DNA of 64,000 nt from an uncultured Holophagales bacterium (lineage in GTDB: Bacteria > Acidobacteriota > Thermoanaerobaculia > Multivoradales > UBA5704). The DNA lies in NCBI GenBank assembly GCA_963842525.1, contig CAWJGT010000025.1, forward strand, positions 32,001 to 96,000. Direction: 5' to 3'. Shown one piece after another: positions 21,752 to 32,440 of this stretch. A program made the position numbers and the translations under genes. How positions within the stretch are numbered: the first letter of the stretch is position 1; each line of letters starts with the position of its first letter. The notes beneath the pieces were generated by a model that worked only from the letters and a program-made list of their open reading frames with translations, was not told the origin of the DNA and did not search any database.

Positions 21752-22021
21752 ATGAGCGAAAGGGAAGAGCCTATCCAGGAAATCCGACTAAGGCTACCCA
21801 GGAGTGTTGCTCGGGAAGCGGAAGCCCGCGGTCTCCTCAAGCCTGAAGTCTTGGAGTCCCTGCTTCGCGACGAGCTGCGGAGGCGCCGAGTAGACCGCCT
21901 TTTCGAAGCCGCGGATCGATTGGCTTCCGTGCCCCTGCCTCCCCTGACCGAGTCCGAGATCGAGGCCGAGGTCCGGGCTGTCCGTTCACGGCAACGCGCC
22001 TCCCATGCGGGCGGTCGCTGA
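21752..22021 (+). CDS. Putative antitoxin
   Basis: Small acidic protein overlapping the downstream PIN gene; LTESEIEAEVRAVR tail. Confidence 0.7.
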   Translation: MSEREEPIQEIRLRLPRSVAREAEARGLLKPEVLESLLRDELRRRRVDRLFEAADRLASVPLPPLTESEIEAEVRAVRSRQRASHAGGR

Positions 22022-22409
22022 TACCAATGTCGTAGTCTCCGGCCTGCTGTGGTCGGGCCATCCGCGTCAGCTCCTGGATCTCGCAAGAAGCGGTCAGATT
22101 GACCTCTTTACCAGCCCGGCGCTCCTGGCGGAGCTCGAAGATGTGCTGTCTCGCAAAAAGTTCAGGCGCCGCTTGGATCACGCTGGAGTGGAGCTGGAGG
22201 AGCTGGTCCTGGGATACGCAGCACTGGCACGGGTTATCGTGCCGGCCGAGATTCGCTCAGTTATTGCCGAAGATCCTGACGACGATGAGGTTTTGGCCTG
22301 TGCCCTGGCGGCGCGAGCCGACCTGATCGTCTCCGGAGACAGACATCTGTTGAAACTCGGGGATTATCAGGGTATACGTATTGTGAGGCCTCTCGAAGCG
22401 CTAGAATGA
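22005..22409 (+). CDS. PIN-domain toxin
   Basis: VADTNVVVSG, DPDDDEVLACA, IVSGDRHLL. Confidence 0.88.
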   Translation: MRAVADTNVVVSGLLWSGHPRQLLDLARSGQIDLFTSPALLAELEDVLSRKKFRRRLDHAGVELEELVLGYAALARVIVPAEIRSVIAEDPDDDEVLACALAARADLIVSGDRHLLKLGDYQGIRIVRPLEALE

Positions 22410-22468
22410 TCGCCGTCATTTGCTCTGCATGAGAACCTTCTGTGAGCGGCTGGCTCAAACAGCCATCT

Positions 22469-24305
22469 TCATTCCACCGTCACACTCTTCGCCAGATTCC
22501 GCGGCTGGTCGACATCGGCGCCGCGGCGCACTCCGATGAAGTAGGCGAGGAGCTGGAGGGGGATGACGTTGACGATCGGCTGCAGGAGCGGCGAGACGGT
22601 CGGGACCTGGATGACCTCGTCGCAGACGCCTCCCAGCTCCTCGGGGTCGCGGTCGGTCAGGGCGATGACCCTGCCGTCGCGCGCCTTGACCTCCTGCATG
22701 TTGCTCTTGGTCTTCTCGAAGACCTGGTCGCCGGTGGCGATGGCCACGACGGGCATGTTCTCGTCGATCAGGGCGATGGGGCCGTGCTTCATCTCGCCCG
22801 CGGGGTAGCCCTCGGCGTGGATGTAGGAGATCTCCTTGAGCTTCAGGGCCCCTTCGAGCGCGATCGGATAGTTGATGCCGCGGCCCAGGTAGAGGAAGTT
22901 CTGCGGCGCGGTGATACTTGCGCGGCCAGCTCCTCCATGTGCTTCTCCTGCCGTCGCGATCACGTCGTCGACCGCCTGCGGCAGGCGGGCGAGGTCGTCC
23001 AGGTAGTGCTGCTCGAGGCTGCCGAAGCGGCACTGGCGCAGGTAGAGGGCGAGCAGGTAGAGGGCCACGAGCTGGGTGGTGAACGCCTTGGTCGAGGCGA
23101 CGCCGATCTCCGGGCCGGCGTGGGTGTAGATCACCCCTTCGCTGATACGGGTCGCCTGGCTGCCCTGGACGTTGCAGACGGTGAAGAGCCGCGCGCCGCG
23201 CTCGCGCGCCGCTTCCATGGCCGAGAGGGTGTCGGCCGTCTCGCCCGACTGCGAGATGCCCACGGCCAGCACCCGGTCGCTGACGATCGGGTCGCGGTAG
23301 CGGTACTCGGAGCCGTAGTCGACCTCGACCGGCAGGCGGGCGATGTGCTCGATCAGGAACTTGCCGACCAGCCCGGAGTGCCAGGAGGTGCCGCAGGCCA
23401 GGATGTGGAGGCGCTCGATCTTGCGCGACCTCCTCGTCGGTCATCTGGACCGTGTCGAAGAGGATGCGGGCGTTCTCGAAGTCCACGCGGCCGGCGAAGG
23501 TGTCCTGCACGGCCTGGGTCTGCTCGTGGATCTCCTTGAGCATGAAGTGCTTGTAGCCGCCCTTCTCCGCCTGGATGGGGTCCCAGTTGAGGCGGTGGAC
23601 AGGGCGCTGGACCGGCTTGCCCTGGCGGTCCCGGATCTCGACGCCTTCCGGGGTGAGCCGCGCGATGTCGCCGTTCTCCAGGAAGCTGACGTCCTTGGTG
23701 TGGACGAGGAGCGCCGCCGGATCGGAGGCCAGGAACTGCTCGCCCTCGCAGAGGCCGATCACCAGCGGCGGGCCCTGGCGGGCGGCGACGATCTCCTGGC
23801 CGTCGGTCTCGGTGGTCACCACGGCGAAGGCGTACATCCCTTCGAGCTCACCGACGGCGCGGGCCACGGCAGCGCGCAGGTCGCCATCGTCCAGGTAGGA
23901 GGAGATCAGATTCGCCACCACCTCGGTGTCGGTGTCCGAGTTGAAGGTCCACCCCTCGGCCAGGAGGCGCTTCTTGAGCGGCAGGAAGTTCTCGATGATG
24001 CCGTTGTGGATCAGCGCCAGCCGGCCCGCGCGAGTCGACCATGGGATGGGCGTTGCGCTCGCTCGGCGCGCCGTGGGTGGCCCAGCGGGTGTGGCCGAGG
24101 CCGTAGCGGCCCGTGAGAGCGGCTGCTTTGCCAGCTTCTCCTTCAGGCGCTCGAGCTTGCCTTCGGCCTTGGCGGTCTGGAAATGGCCGTCGAGCACGGC
24201 CACGACGCCGGCCGAGTCGTAGCCGCGGTATTCGAGCCGCGACAGCCCGTCGATCAGCAGGGGGACCACTTCACGGGTGCCCACGTAGCCCACGATTCCG
24301 CACAT
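22469..24305 (-). CDS. glmS: Glutamine-fructose-6-phosphate transaminase (several frameshifts)
   Basis: [48 protein letters not shown] spread over several frames. Confidence 0.93.
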
Positions 24306-24307
24306 GC

Positions 24308-25719
24308 TCAGCCTTCCTCTCGCGAATCCTTGCGCCGACGCAGCCCGCCGGCCCGGCCTTCCAGGTTCTTCTGCCGCACGCGCCCGACCGCCAGCGCCCC
24401 GTCCGGGACGTTCTTGGTGATCACGGAGCCCGCCGCGGTCGAGGCGCCGTCGCCGACCCGCACCGGCGCGACCAGCATGGTGTCGCTGCCGATGAAGGCG
24501 CCGCGGCCGATCTCGGTGGGGTTCTTGCGCACCCCGTCATAGTTGCAGGTGACGACCCCGGCCCCGAGGTTGGCCCCCTCGCCCACCGTGGCGTCTCCCA
24601 CGTAGGCCAGGTGGTTGACCTTGCTCCCCTCGCCCAGGACGGAGGCCTTCACCTCGACGAAGTTGCCCACCCGCGCACCTGCCAGCAAACGGGATGCCGG
24701 TCGCAGCCGGGCGAAGGGTCCGACGCGGCAGCCGTCTGCCACCTCGGCGCCGTCAAGCACGCTGTACGGCTCGACGGTGACGCCCTCGCCGAGCCGCGTG
24801 TCGCGCAGCCAGGCTCCCTGCTGGAGAGTACAGCCCGGACCGACCTCGGTATTCCCCAGGAGGGATACGTCGGGATGGACCACGGTGTCTAGACCGACCC
24901 GCACCCCGGGCTCGATCACGGTCCGCGAGGGCTCCAGGATGGTCACTCCGGCGTCCATCAGAGCCGCCAGGTGCCGGTCGAGGAGCCGGCGGTGGACGCG
25001 CGCCAGCTCGGCGCGGGTGTTGACCCCGAAGGCCTCGGACGGGTCGGGCAGCGGCACGATCTGCACCGCCCGTCCTTCGGCCGCGGCGGCGGTCACCGCA
25101 TCGGTCAGATAGAGCTCGCCCTGGGCGTTGTCGGTGCGCAGCCGGCGCAGGTAGTCGAAGATCTCGGGAGCGGGCAGGGCATAGATCCCGGCGTTCACCC
25201 GCTTCACGTCGAGCTCTTCGGGCGAGGCGTCGCGCAGCCTCCACGATGCGCCGCAGGTGCCCGTAGCGCCCGGCCAGCACGCGGCCGAGCGAGCCCGGCT
25301 CGTCGAGGTCGGCGACGGCCAGGGCGCCCCAGCCGGCGGACGCGTCGGCAGCGAGCTGCTCCAGGGTCGCGGCGGTGACCAGCGGCACGTCGCCGCTCAA
25401 AACCAGCAGGGTGGCGCCGTGCGGGAGGCCCTGGAGATGCGGCTCGGCCTGGGCGAGCGCATGGCCGGTGCCCCGCTGCTCCTCCTGGATCACCCATGTC
25501 GATCTCGCCATTCCCGACGGCCTCCTGGACCTGCTCGGCGCCGTGGCCCACGATGGCCAGGATCCGCTCGCAGCCGGCGGCGCGCGCGGCGTCCACCACC
25601 CAGGCGAGGAGCGGGCGCCCGGCGGCGCAGTGGAGGACCTTGGGGAGCGACGAGCGCATGCGCGTCCCCTTGCCGGCGGCGAGGATCACTGCAATGCGGG
25701 GACGGGTGGAATCAGGCAT
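24308..25719 (-). CDS. glmU: Bifunctional GlmU (frameshifted near 25500 and 25235)
   Basis: [35 protein letters not shown], hexapeptide repeats. Confidence 0.92.
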
Positions 25720-26779
25720 CTCGCCGCGCCTTCTCCCTTTCTGCCAGGCTCAGCACGGCCTGGGCGAGCTTGGCCGAATCGTGGCGGATGAGGTCGCCCT
25801 CGGCGAGGAGGTCGGCCTCGACGACCTCGAGCCCCATCTCCTCCAGGACCTCGCGCTCGGTCTCGACGCACTCGGAGCCGGTCCCGGCGTAGAGCTCGAG
25901 CTGGTCCTCGGGGATGCGTTGCGCGTTGACCAGGACGATGTCGACCAGCCCCTTGCCGGCGTGGCGCTCGATCGCGCGGAGGTGGTCGGCGCCCATCATG
26001 CCGTCGGTCTCCCCGGGCTGGGTCATCAGGTTGAGGAGGAGCGCCACCCGGGCGTGCGCCTTCTGGACCGCCTGCCGGATGGCCGGGATCAGCAGGTTGG
26101 GCAGGATCGAGGTGTAGAGGGAGCCGGGCCCGAGCAGGATGAGGTCGGCCTTCTCCAGGGCCCGGACCGCGGCCGGGAAGGCCGGCGGCGCCGCCGGGTC
26201 GATCTCCAGCGCCTCCAGCCGCTCGCCCGAGAGCCCCACCGCCGACTCGCCGTCGTAGACGCGTCCCGAGGCGCCGCGGGCGCGCAACACGACGTCCTGC
26301 AGGGTGGCCGGGTAGATCTTGCCGCGCACCGACAGGACCTGCTCGGCGGTGAGGATCGCCTGGTGGAAGTCGCCGGTGATGCCGGTGAGCGCGGTCAGGA
26401 AGAGGTTGCCGAAGGAGTGGCCGAGCAGGCCGCCGCCGTTGGGGAAACGGTACTGGAAGAGCCGCGTGAGGAGGTCCTCGTCGTCGGCCAGGGCGGCGAT
26501 GCAGTTGCGGATGTCGCCGGGCGGCAGCACGCCGAATTCGCGCCGCAGCCGGCCGGAGGAGCCGCCGTCGTCGGTGACGGTCACCACGCCGGAGATCTGG
26601 CGCAGGCGGTCGGTGCCGACGTGGTGCTTGAGGCCGCGCAGCAGGGCGGACAGACCGGTGCCGCCGCCAACGGCGGCGAGGGCGCTTCCCGCCGAAGTAG
26701 AGCTCTCAGGAGAGGCCGAAGATCTGACGATGGTTCGGGTTTCCGCGGAGCTCGGCGAAGTCGGAGTCGTGGAAGGCAT
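25712..26779 (-). CDS. yvcK: YvcK/GlmR family (UPF0052) protein; start uncertain
   Basis: [51 protein letters not shown]. Confidence 0.88.
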   Translation of the reverse strand: MPSTTPTSPSSAETRTIVRSSASPESSTSAGSALAAVGGGTGLSALLRGLKHHVGTDRLRQISGVVTVTDDGGSSGRLRREFGVLPPGDIRNCIAALADDEDLLTRLFQYRFPNGGGLLGHSFGNLFLTALTGITGDFHQAILTAEQVLSVRGKIYPATLQDVVLRARGASGRVYDGESAVGLSGERLEALEIDPAAPPAFPAAVRALEKADLILLGPGSLYTSILPNLLIPAIRQAVQKAHARVALLLNLMTQPGETDGMMGADHLRAIERHAGKGLVDIVLVNAQRIPEDQLELYAGTGSECVETEREVLEEMGLEVVEADLLAEGDLIRHDSAKLAQAVLSLAEREKARRDA

Positions 26780-27188
26780 GGATGCGATTCTTGGAGTTCA
26801 GCTCGATCGCCCGGGCCAGGACCTTCGCCGCCTCGTCCGTCCGCCCCTCGGCGGCATGGATCGACGCGGCGAGATAGGCGAAACGTTCGTCCTTCTGGTC
26901 GCGGCCTCCCTGCCGGCAGGCCTCCAGGGCCGCGGCCAGGTTGCCGTGGTTCTTTTCGATCAGGGCCCGCAGGAAGGGATCTTCGTCCCCCTGGGCCTGG
27001 CCGTCCTTTTCCTCCAGGTGCTGGCGGCACACGGCCAGGTATTGGCGGGCGCGCTCCCGCACCTCGGGGAGGTCGGTGCTCTCGATGACGTTCTCGAACA
27101 GCTTCGCCGCCTTCGCCCAGCTCTTCTTGTGCAGGGCTTCCAGCGCCTGGGTGAAGGTCTTGAGGACCGGGTCCGCAGCCGTGGCCAT
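26706..27188 (-). CDS. TPR protein
   Basis: Helical repeats; YLAASIHAAEG...LARAIELN...DSDF. Confidence 0.7.
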   Translation of the reverse strand: MATAADPVLKTFTQALEALHKKSWAKAAKLFENVIESTDLPEVRERARQYLAVCRQHLEEKDGQAQGDEDPFLRALIEKNHGNLAAALEACRQGGRDQKDERFAYLAASIHAAEGRTDEAAKVLARAIELNSKNRIHAFHDSDFAELRGNPNHRQIFGLS

Positions 27189-27201
27189 ACCGTCGTCCCT
27201 C

Positions 27202-27786
27202 CTACCGCTTCTTCAGCTCGATCAGGATCTGCTTCGCCACCGACTTCAGCGTGTCGAACACCCCGAGCCCGGTCGTCGCCACCGCTTCGAAGGTCGGCTC
27301 CCGCTTGTAATTGAGGCTCCGATACATCTCCTCGACCGCCACCACGTTGCTCAGGTCCCGCTTGTTGAACTGCAAGGCGTAGGGGATCGTCGCCAGGTCG
27401 AATCCGTGCTCCTTCAGGTTCTGTTCCAGGTTGCGGATCGACTCGATGTTCGCCTCCATCCGCTCCTCCTGGCTGTCGGCGACGAAGATGACGCCGTCGA
27501 CGCCCTTGAGGATCAGCTTCCGGCTGGCGTCGTAGAAGACCTGGCCGGGGACGGTGTAGAGGTGGAACCGGGTGGTGAAGCCGCGGATGCTCCCCAGGTC
27601 GAGGGGCAGGAAGTCGAAGAAGAGCGTCCGGTCGGCCTCGGTGGCAAGGGAGATCATCTTGCCCTTCGACTCGGGTGCCGTCTTGTTGTAGATGTACTGC
27701 AAATTCGTCGTCTTACCACACAGGCCGGGGCCGTAGTAGACGATCTTGCAGTTGATCTCCTTGCTGGCGTAGTTGATGAAAGTCAT
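27202..27786 (-). CDS. mglA: Small GTPase MglA
   Basis: [41 protein letters not shown]. Confidence 0.95.
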   Translation of the reverse strand: MTFINYASKEINCKIVYYGPGLCGKTTNLQYIYNKTAPESKGKMISLATEADRTLFFDFLPLDLGSIRGFTTRFHLYTVPGQVFYDASRKLILKGVDGVIFVADSQEERMEANIESIRNLEQNLKEHGFDLATIPYALQFNKRDLSNVVAVEEMYRSLNYKREPTFEAVATTGLGVFDTLKSVAKQILIELKKR

Positions 27787-27849
27787 CGTCTAGGCCTCTG
27801 GCGTGCGCACCGCGCTGGGCGCCTCCTTTCCGCTCGGCGCGCTCCGCGG

Positions 27850-28341
27850 CTATTCGCCGAAGAGGGCGTCGATGTCGTCGTCGGTAATCTCGGAGAAGGG
27901 GCTCGCGTGACCCGCGGGCACCCCTCGTTCGCCCTTCTGGGCCATGACGTCAAAGATCTTCTCCAGATCGACGCTGGCCCGCTTGACCCGCAGCCGCACC
28001 AGGCCCAGCGAAGAGCGGTCGTCGAAGATGACCACCAGGATGGCCCGCTTGGCGACGATGGAGATGTGGATGTGGTCCTGCTGGCCCTCGTGGAACAGCA
28101 CCGAGAACTCGCGCTCGCCGATCAGCTTGGCCAGGCCGTCCGTGGCCGCCACATTGCCGGCGGTGAGCGAGGCGAGCGACGTGGTGTCGAACTGCTCGAT
28201 CTCGCCCGCGGCGGCGATCTGCTGGCCGTTCTTGTCGATCAGGAAGACAGCCTTGGCATTGGCCTCCTGGCGCAGACGGCGCAGGGCCTCCTCCAAATGT
28301 TTGAACTCCTCTTCGTAGAGCACGAAGTCGGCTGAGGACAT
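27850..28341 (-). CDS. mglB: Roadblock/LC7 GAP MglB
   Basis: DTTSLASLTAGNVAATDGLAKLIGE; ITDDDIDALFG tail. Confidence 0.93.
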   Translation of the reverse strand: MSSADFVLYEEEFKHLEEALRRLRQEANAKAVFLIDKNGQQIAAAGEIEQFDTTSLASLTAGNVAATDGLAKLIGEREFSVLFHEGQQDHIHISIVAKRAILVVIFDDRSSLGLVRLRVKRASVDLEKIFDVMAQKGERGVPAGHASPFSEITDDDIDALFGE

Positions 28342-28435
28342 GGCTAACCTTTCCGAACCGCGCGAAGATACACCATCGGGGGCTGGGCCGTCAAAGCGCT
28401 GATTCCACGTCAGTTGGCCCGGCAGGTATCGCCGG

Positions 28436-28912
28436 TTACCGGAAGAGACGCCACCCTTGCAGCACGTCGGCTTCCGAGATCTGCAGCTCGTCGCCGCGGA
28501 GCTGGTGCTCCAGCGGCACGGGTTTGCACCCGCCGCCGCCGGCATTCACCTCCGCGAGCCGGAAGGACTTGTCGCACTTGTTGCAGACCACCCAGTCGCC
28601 CTCGCTGCGGTAGCCGCGCTTCATCTTGGCGCACTCTTCGTTGGCGTCGAAGGCGACCTGGAGGTGGCCGGCGCTGTCGCGGCCCACGAAGAAGCGGACC
28701 TCCTGGTTGCCGGTATTCAAGAACCGGAAAAAGCGGACCTGCTGCGGTTGCAGGTCGGCCACCTCGATGTGGACCATGCCGCTCCGGTCGGGAGACACCC
28801 GCTCGAAACCCTGATCGCCGAGCCGTCCTTCCAGGGCCAGATCGGCCACCAGGACAGCCCCTACGAAGAGGAGGACCAGGAAGAGCCCATGGATCGGCTT
28901 GAAGCGGCGCAT
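28436..28912 (-). CDS. DUF2318-like Cys-containing membrane protein
   Basis: N-terminal TM; AFDAxExC, VVCNKC, GGCKPVPL. Confidence 0.7.
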   Translation of the reverse strand: MRRFKPIHGLFLVLLFVGAVLVADLALEGRLGDQGFERVSPDRSGMVHIEVADLQPQQVRFFRFLNTGNQEVRFFVGRDSAGHLQVAFDANEECAKMKRGYRSEGDWVVCNKCDKSFRLAEVNAGGGGCKPVPLEHQLRGDELQISEADVLQGWRLFR

Positions 28913-28927
28913 CGGGGTATTGTGGAC

Positions 28928-30160
28928 TTAATCGCCCGGAGGGGGCAAGTCGGGGGCCTCGGGGATCAGCCCGCAGACCCATCCTGCCATTTCGGCAGCA
29001 GCCGCGGCATGGCCCCTCTCGTTCCAGTGACCCTCGCCCGGAGCGGTGTTGGGGAAGCCGTGGAGGAAGGCCTTCTCCCTCTCGGCGATCCGCTGGAGGG
29101 CCGGGGCGAGGGCCAGCACCGGGATCCCCTCCCGGCTCCCGAAGGCGGCCAGCCGCTCGTCCGGGTAGAAGAGGGTGTCGATCCCCAGCTTCTTCATGAA
29201 GTCGCGGCGCACCCGCGGGTCCGGGTGGGCCTGCGTGCCGGTCGTCAGGCTGACCACCGCGAAGGGGGTATGGTGCGCCGCGGCCTCGTCGCGCGCCGCC
29301 CGCAGCAGGACCTCGGTCGCCGCCCATGCTTCCTGCCACTGGAGGTCCACCGGCACCTGATAGACCGCGGTGTCGAGCCCCAGCTCGTGGACCGCGGCCG
29401 CGGCCTGCACCCGGCTCGCCCTGCGAGCACCGACCCAGCCGTCGAAGGCGCTCTTGGCCTGCTTGCCGAGCTGCAGCAGCCGCGAGTGGTCGAAAGCCCG
29501 GTAGAGCAGCCGGCCCGCGGCGCTCCGCCGCAGCTTGTAGCCGCGCGTCGCGCGGAAGGAGTCGTCGAGCGCCAGGCGGCCGTCCGGGCCGGGGACGAGG
29601 TAGGGCCGCGAGGGGTCGAGGTCGAGGGCTCGGTCGTTGTTGCGCACGTCGTTGCCGGTGTAGAAGGCCAGCAGCACCAGGTCCGGTTCGTACTTCCAGA
29701 CGCGGTGGCGCAGGGTCAGCAGCTCCTGGGCCGTGCCGTACCCCGAGACGCCGAAGTCGAGCGCCTCGACGTTTCGGCCCCCCCGGGAGCCCCGCCTCAA
29801 TACCGCCGGGCAGCGGGCCAGCTCCTTCTCGAGCAGCGACCAGAAGGTCTTCTCCACCGGCACCTGGAGAGCCTCGGCGCAGGAGTCGCCGAGGACCGCG
29901 ATGCGCACCTCCCCGGCGGGTTTGGCGACCGGATGCTCCTCGTCCCGCATCCCGTCCTCGTTGATGGACACCCAGGCGTTTCCCTCCGAGCGCCACCACC
30001 CCCGGGCCCCGGGCCTCAGCTCCCACCCCCGCACAGGGTCCGGCTGGTAGAAGTTGGGATGCGAGACGCCGGCGATGCGCAACACCACCTCGACGAGCAG
30101 CAGGGTGACCGCCGTCGAGACCAGGAGGAGGATCAGCTTGGCGCGCTTGGAGGGAGGCAT
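28928..30160 (-). CDS. SGNH/GDSL-like exported hydrolase or acetyltransferase
   Basis: LGDS, GVSGYGT, YTGND, GHWNERGH. Confidence 0.8.
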   Translation of the reverse strand: MPPSKRAKLILLLVSTAVTLLLVEVVLRIAGVSHPNFYQPDPVRGWELRPGARGWWRSEGNAWVSINEDGMRDEEHPVAKPAGEVRIAVLGDSCAEALQVPVEKTFWSLLEKELARCPAVLRRGSRGGRNVEALDFGVSGYGTAQELLTLRHRVWKYEPDLVLLAFYTGNDVRNNDRALDLDPSRPYLVPGPDGRLALDDSFRATRGYKLRRSAAGRLLYRAFDHSRLLQLGKQAKSAFDGWVGARRASRVQAAAAVHELGLDTAVYQVPVDLQWQEAWAATEVLLRAARDEAAAHHTPFAVVSLTTGTQAHPDPRVRRDFMKKLGIDTLFYPDERLAAFGSREGIPVLALAPALQRIAEREKAFLHGFPNTAPGEGHWNERGHAAAAAEMAGWVCGLIPEAPDLPPPGD

Positions 30161-30349
30161 GGATCGCAGGGGACGGCGTCCCGATTCTGGAGGAGCGGGG
30201 GCTGGATTGCAACGCCTCTCCTGAAGTGGTCGCGCAATTTTAGGTGCCGGCGCAGGAAACAGACGTCACACTAGAGATCTGATCTGTCACCCCGGACGCA
30301 GCGGCCAGTCCCGGCCCGCCCCCGGTCCGTGGGGAAAGGAGGAAGTGTG

Positions 30350-30595
30350 TTGCGGATACGCAGACGGCCCTTCGCGGCGGGGATGGTCCTGGCGGCCGTG
30401 CTCCTGCTGGCGGCCACCCCCACCACCGCGGAGGAGCGGCAGCCGGAGGTCACCCTGGCCACGCAGCTTTGGGAGTGGATCGGATCGCTGTGGCGCGATC
30501 CGGCCGCTCCGTCCGCACCGGACACGATGGGTGGGAGCACCGACCCCCTGCGCCAGGTGCGCGACAAGGGCGGCGAGATCGACCCCAACGGGTAG
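30350..30595 (+). CDS. Small secreted peptide ending in ...GGEIDPNG
   Basis: AGGAGG 7 nt before TTG; signal peptide RIRRR-hydrophobic-PTTA; two GG-x-x-DP motifs. Confidence 0.7.
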   Translation: MRIRRRPFAAGMVLAAVLLLAATPTTAEERQPEVTLATQLWEWIGSLWRDPAAPSAPDTMGGSTDPLRQVRDKGGEIDPNG

Positions 30596-30667
30596 CTTCT
30601 CCGCCGCTCGCTCGTGCGAGAATGGATGTGTCGATTGCAGGCTTTGCTGCCGTAGGGGGGAATCTCC

Positions 30668-32024
30668 TTGAACGATCACCTGACCGATCCGGAGATCGAG
30701 CGCTTCATCCTCGGCGAGCTGACCGCCTCGGAAGTGAAGCGGGTGGTCCGCCACCTCCTGCAAGGCTGTGAGGCCTGCGAGGAACGGCTGCAGCCGTTCC
30801 TCGACCTCGTCCTGCAGCCCGAGAGGATCGCCGTGCCGACCGCACCGCCGCCGACTGACGAGGACTACGACGACGCCATCGCCCGTGCCATGGGCTCGGT
30901 GGTCGGCCGGCTCCCCGAGATCCGGCGGGAGCGGGAGCGGATCGAGCGAGGGTGCGCGCTCCTCCGTGCTCCCGCGGGGCTCGCCGGCCTGTCGGACGAG
31001 GAGGCCGAGAGCCTCCGCGGCGGCCCCCTCGTCGAGGCCCTGCTCGAGCTCAGCTTCGAGGAGCGCTACCGCGATCCCGGAGAGATGCTCCAGCTCGCCC
31101 TCCTCGCCCGCACCGCGGCCGAGGGCCTCGACGCCGAGGTCTACGGCCACGGGCTGGTGGCCGACCTCCAGGCGCGCGCCTGGGCCGAGCTAGGCAACGC
31201 CTACCGCGTGGCCGACGACCTCGACGAGGCCGGGGCGGCCCTCGACGAAGCCGAGAGGCGCCTGCGCCAGGGCACCGGCGACCTCTACCTGCTGGCCCGC
31301 GTGGCCGACCTCCGGGCCTCCCTCTGCTGCGACCGCCGGGAAGCTCGAGCAGGCCTGTAAGCTGCTCGATGCCGTCCACCGCATCTACCGCGAGCTGGGG
31401 GACGACCACCTCGCCGGCCGCGCCCTGATCTCGCGCGGGATCTACACCAACCGGCGCGGCGCGCCGCAGGAGGCCCTCGGCTTCCTGCGCTCCGGACTCG
31501 CCCTGCTGGAGCCGGGCCGCGACCCGCGGCTCGCCGCCTCGGCGCTGCAGAGCCTCCTCTGGGTCCTCGTGGACTGCGGCGCCTGCCGGGAGGCCGGAGC
31601 CCTGCTGCTCGAAAGCGGCCTGCGGCAGGCGCTCGCCGGCGAGCCGCTCAGCCTGATCAAGGTCCGCTGGCTGGAGGGGAAGGTCTTCGCCGGCACCGGC
31701 CGCGCCGCCCGCGCCGAGCGGGCCTTCCAGGAGGCGCGCGCCGACTTCCTCGCCGCCCGGCAGCACTACCACGCCGCCCTGGTGGGGCTCGACCTGGCCG
31801 AGGTCTGGCTGGACCAGGGGAAAGCGCCGGAGGTCCGGGAGCTGGCCGGCGAGATGCTCGCCATCTTCCGTGCCCTCGGCATCCACCGCGAGGCGGTGCG
31901 CGCCCTCGACCACCTGCACCGGGCCTGCCGCCATCAGCGCGCCACCCCGGCCACGGTCCGCCACGTCAGCCGCTTCCTCGCACGCCTGGAGCAGGAGCCG
32001 CAGCTCCGGTTCCAGATGCCGTGA
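30668..32024 (+). CDS. zf-HC2 N-terminal plus TPR-repeat protein (frameshift near 31345)
   Basis: HLTDPEIERF...RHLLQGCEAC; TPR-like ARAWAELGNAYRV; continues in the frame of the 31569..32024 ORF. Confidence 0.75.
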
Positions 32025-32027
32025 CCC

Positions 32028-32340
32028 GGTTCACGGTGAAACGGCCCTGGTTTGCCGTGATCGCGGGCCGATTCGTGATGAACTGGCCCTGATTTGCCAT
32101 GATCGCGGGCCGATTCGCCGTGAACTGGCCCTGGTTTGCCGTGAACCGGCCCTCATCGCGGTGATCCGGCCGAGTTTCGTCATGATCTCGGTCCGATTCG
32201 CCGTGACCGCGAAGCCGTTTCCCGTGAATCGGCCCGCGTTCGCCATGAAACGGCCGCGTTCACGGCGATCTCGTCTCCGTTCACGGCAAACCCGATCCCG
32301 TTCACGGCAACCGCGACCGCTTCACCACAATCCACCCTGA
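32028..32340. repeat. Degenerate 21-bp-period tandem array, about 15 units, with quasi-palindromic cores
   Basis: Units such as gtgaactggccctggtttgcc, atgatcgcgggccgattcgcc, gcaaacccgatcccgttcacg; two units are 20 bp. Confidence 0.8.
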
Positions 32341-32420
32341 TCACCGGTGAACTCTGGTTGGAACCGGTAAGCTCCGGTAAAGTCTGGAGAACACCGATAA
32401 AGCCCGATAAAATAGAGTAA
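32341..32420. repeat. 10-bp-phased repeats (consensus nnnCCGGTAA), about 8 units
   Basis: tcaccggtga actctggttg gaaccggtaa gctccggtaa agtctggaga acaccgataa agcccgataa aatagagtaa. Confidence 0.65.
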
Positions 32421-32440
32421 GAGACGTAGGCGCCAACCTA

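Noticed and set aside
22469-25719. Frameshifts in glmS/glmU (also TPR, GT-C, LanC-like, ChW genes) as programmed frameshifting or pseudogenisation
   Set aside because: Essential genes with multiple scattered 1-nt indels and otherwise intact motifs; sequencing-consensus error is the simplest explanation.
32028-32340. CRISPR array
   Set aside because: No identical repeats with unique spacers; no cas genes in the window.
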